Shown here: positions 62,790 to 64,000 of the stretch, piece after piece
Layout of the letters: each line of letters starts with the position of its first letter
Position numbering within the stretch: position 1 is the first letter of the stretch
Source of the DNA: Octopus sinensis
Taxonomy: Eukaryota
DNA: 64,000 nucleotides
Assembly (NCBI RefSeq): GCF_006345805.1
Contig: NC_043017.1
Coordinates: forward strand, 22,568,001-22,632,000
Direction of reading: 5' to 3'
Notes under the pieces: model-generated
What the model saw: the letters and a program-made list of their open reading frames with translations, nothing else
Databases searched by the model: none
Told to the model about the DNA's origin: nothing
Position numbers and translations under genes: made by a program

Positions 62790-62916
62790 GTGCACATACA
62801 TACATAAACACATATACATACACACACACATACGTACACATGTGTGCCTATACATACCTACACATACACACATACACATACATATATATATACATATACA
62901 TATATACACACATATA

Positions 62917-62961
<45 letters not shown>

Positions 62962-63835
62962 TATATACACAATCCAATACAGGCCCATTCCCTAATTTTA
63001 ATTTTATTATCTTCATTTATTACTTTTGTTATCTTTGATCGCTAGAGCTAAGGATCCTGGCGATGGCAGCATGTCCAAATTGTCTGTCTACTAGAAGGCA
63101 AGTACTCGTTCCCGCACGCACCTCATTAGCACGTACTACACCCCATTCGTACACTCATACACATACACGTACGCACGCTTTATATTCATACATACAAACA
63201 TCTACATACGTTCACGTATATACACATACGTACTCGTACCTACAGATTCATGTCTACACTTTAGGAGGCTAGTCTATATATATACACCAATAAATATACA
63301 ATATATATATACATATAACACTATATATAATATATATATACACATACACACACACACACACACATATATATACTCCTACATACAGATACATACCTATATA
63401 TATATATATATATATCCCACACATACATGTACATATACACATATATACCATACATACATATATATATATATATACATATATTATATATATATATAGAAAT
63501 ACATATACATATATACATACATACATACTACATACACACACACCCTATATATACACACACATACATACACATATATATACATACACAAACATATATACAC
63601 ATCTATATATATATACATATATACACACATACATACACACCCCTACATACATAACACACGTATGTATGTTTACGTACGTATGTGTTTTTGTGTATATGTA
63701 TGTAGGTTGTGTATGTATGTGTGTTATATGTATATATATATATATGTGTGTATATTGTTTGTGTATGTATATATATGTGTATGTATGTGTGTGTATATAT
63801 ATGGGTGTGTGTGTATGTATGTATGTATGTATATG

Positions 63836-63868
<33 letters not shown>

Positions 63869-63918
63869 ATATGTATAATATATATATGTATGTATGTGTA
63901 TATATGTGTATATGTACA

Positions 63919-63950
<32 letters not shown>

Positions 63951-64000
63951 GGTATGTATCTGTAATGTAGGAGTATATATATGTTTGGTGTGTGTGTAGG
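62790..64000. repeat. TA/CA/TG microsatellite field with a ~300-bp non-repetitive island at ~62970-63270
   Basis: Directly visible. Confidence 0.9.

Noticed and set aside
1-64000. Telomeric (TTAGGG)n arrays, rRNA, snRNA, prokaryotic or viral genes
   Set aside because: None seen.

Overview
This is AT-rich eukaryotic (metazoan) DNA with no complete protein-coding gene I can recognise. The repeat families (several tRNA-headed SINEs, a (GAT)n-tailed element, very long TA/CA microsatellites) look to me like an Octopus (coleoid cephalopod) genome; that is recognition from memory, not a database result. The window is probably intronic or intergenic. It is a layered transposon landscape: about 20 copies or fragments of SINE 'A' (~400 bp), about 15 of SINE 'B' (~240 bp), a (GAT)n-tailed element 'C', two further SINE families, hAT MITEs with 8-bp TSDs, mariner/Tigger and piggyBac-type MITEs, a decayed mariner transposase, a decayed hAT transposase, a Helitron-type element and Penelope-like termini. 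Almost all ORFs in the supplied track are microsatellite or SINE artefacts. The most interesting signals are: (1) a minimal type-I hammerhead-ribozyme-like motif in a dispersed repeat present twice; (2) a SINE with a triplicated 105-bp 3' module inside one 13-bp TSD; (3) several near-perfect foldback palindromes and inverted SINE pairs that could form dsRNA/ADAR substrates; (4) a possible promoter and first coding exon at ~31.5-31.8 kb with weakly supported downstream exons.
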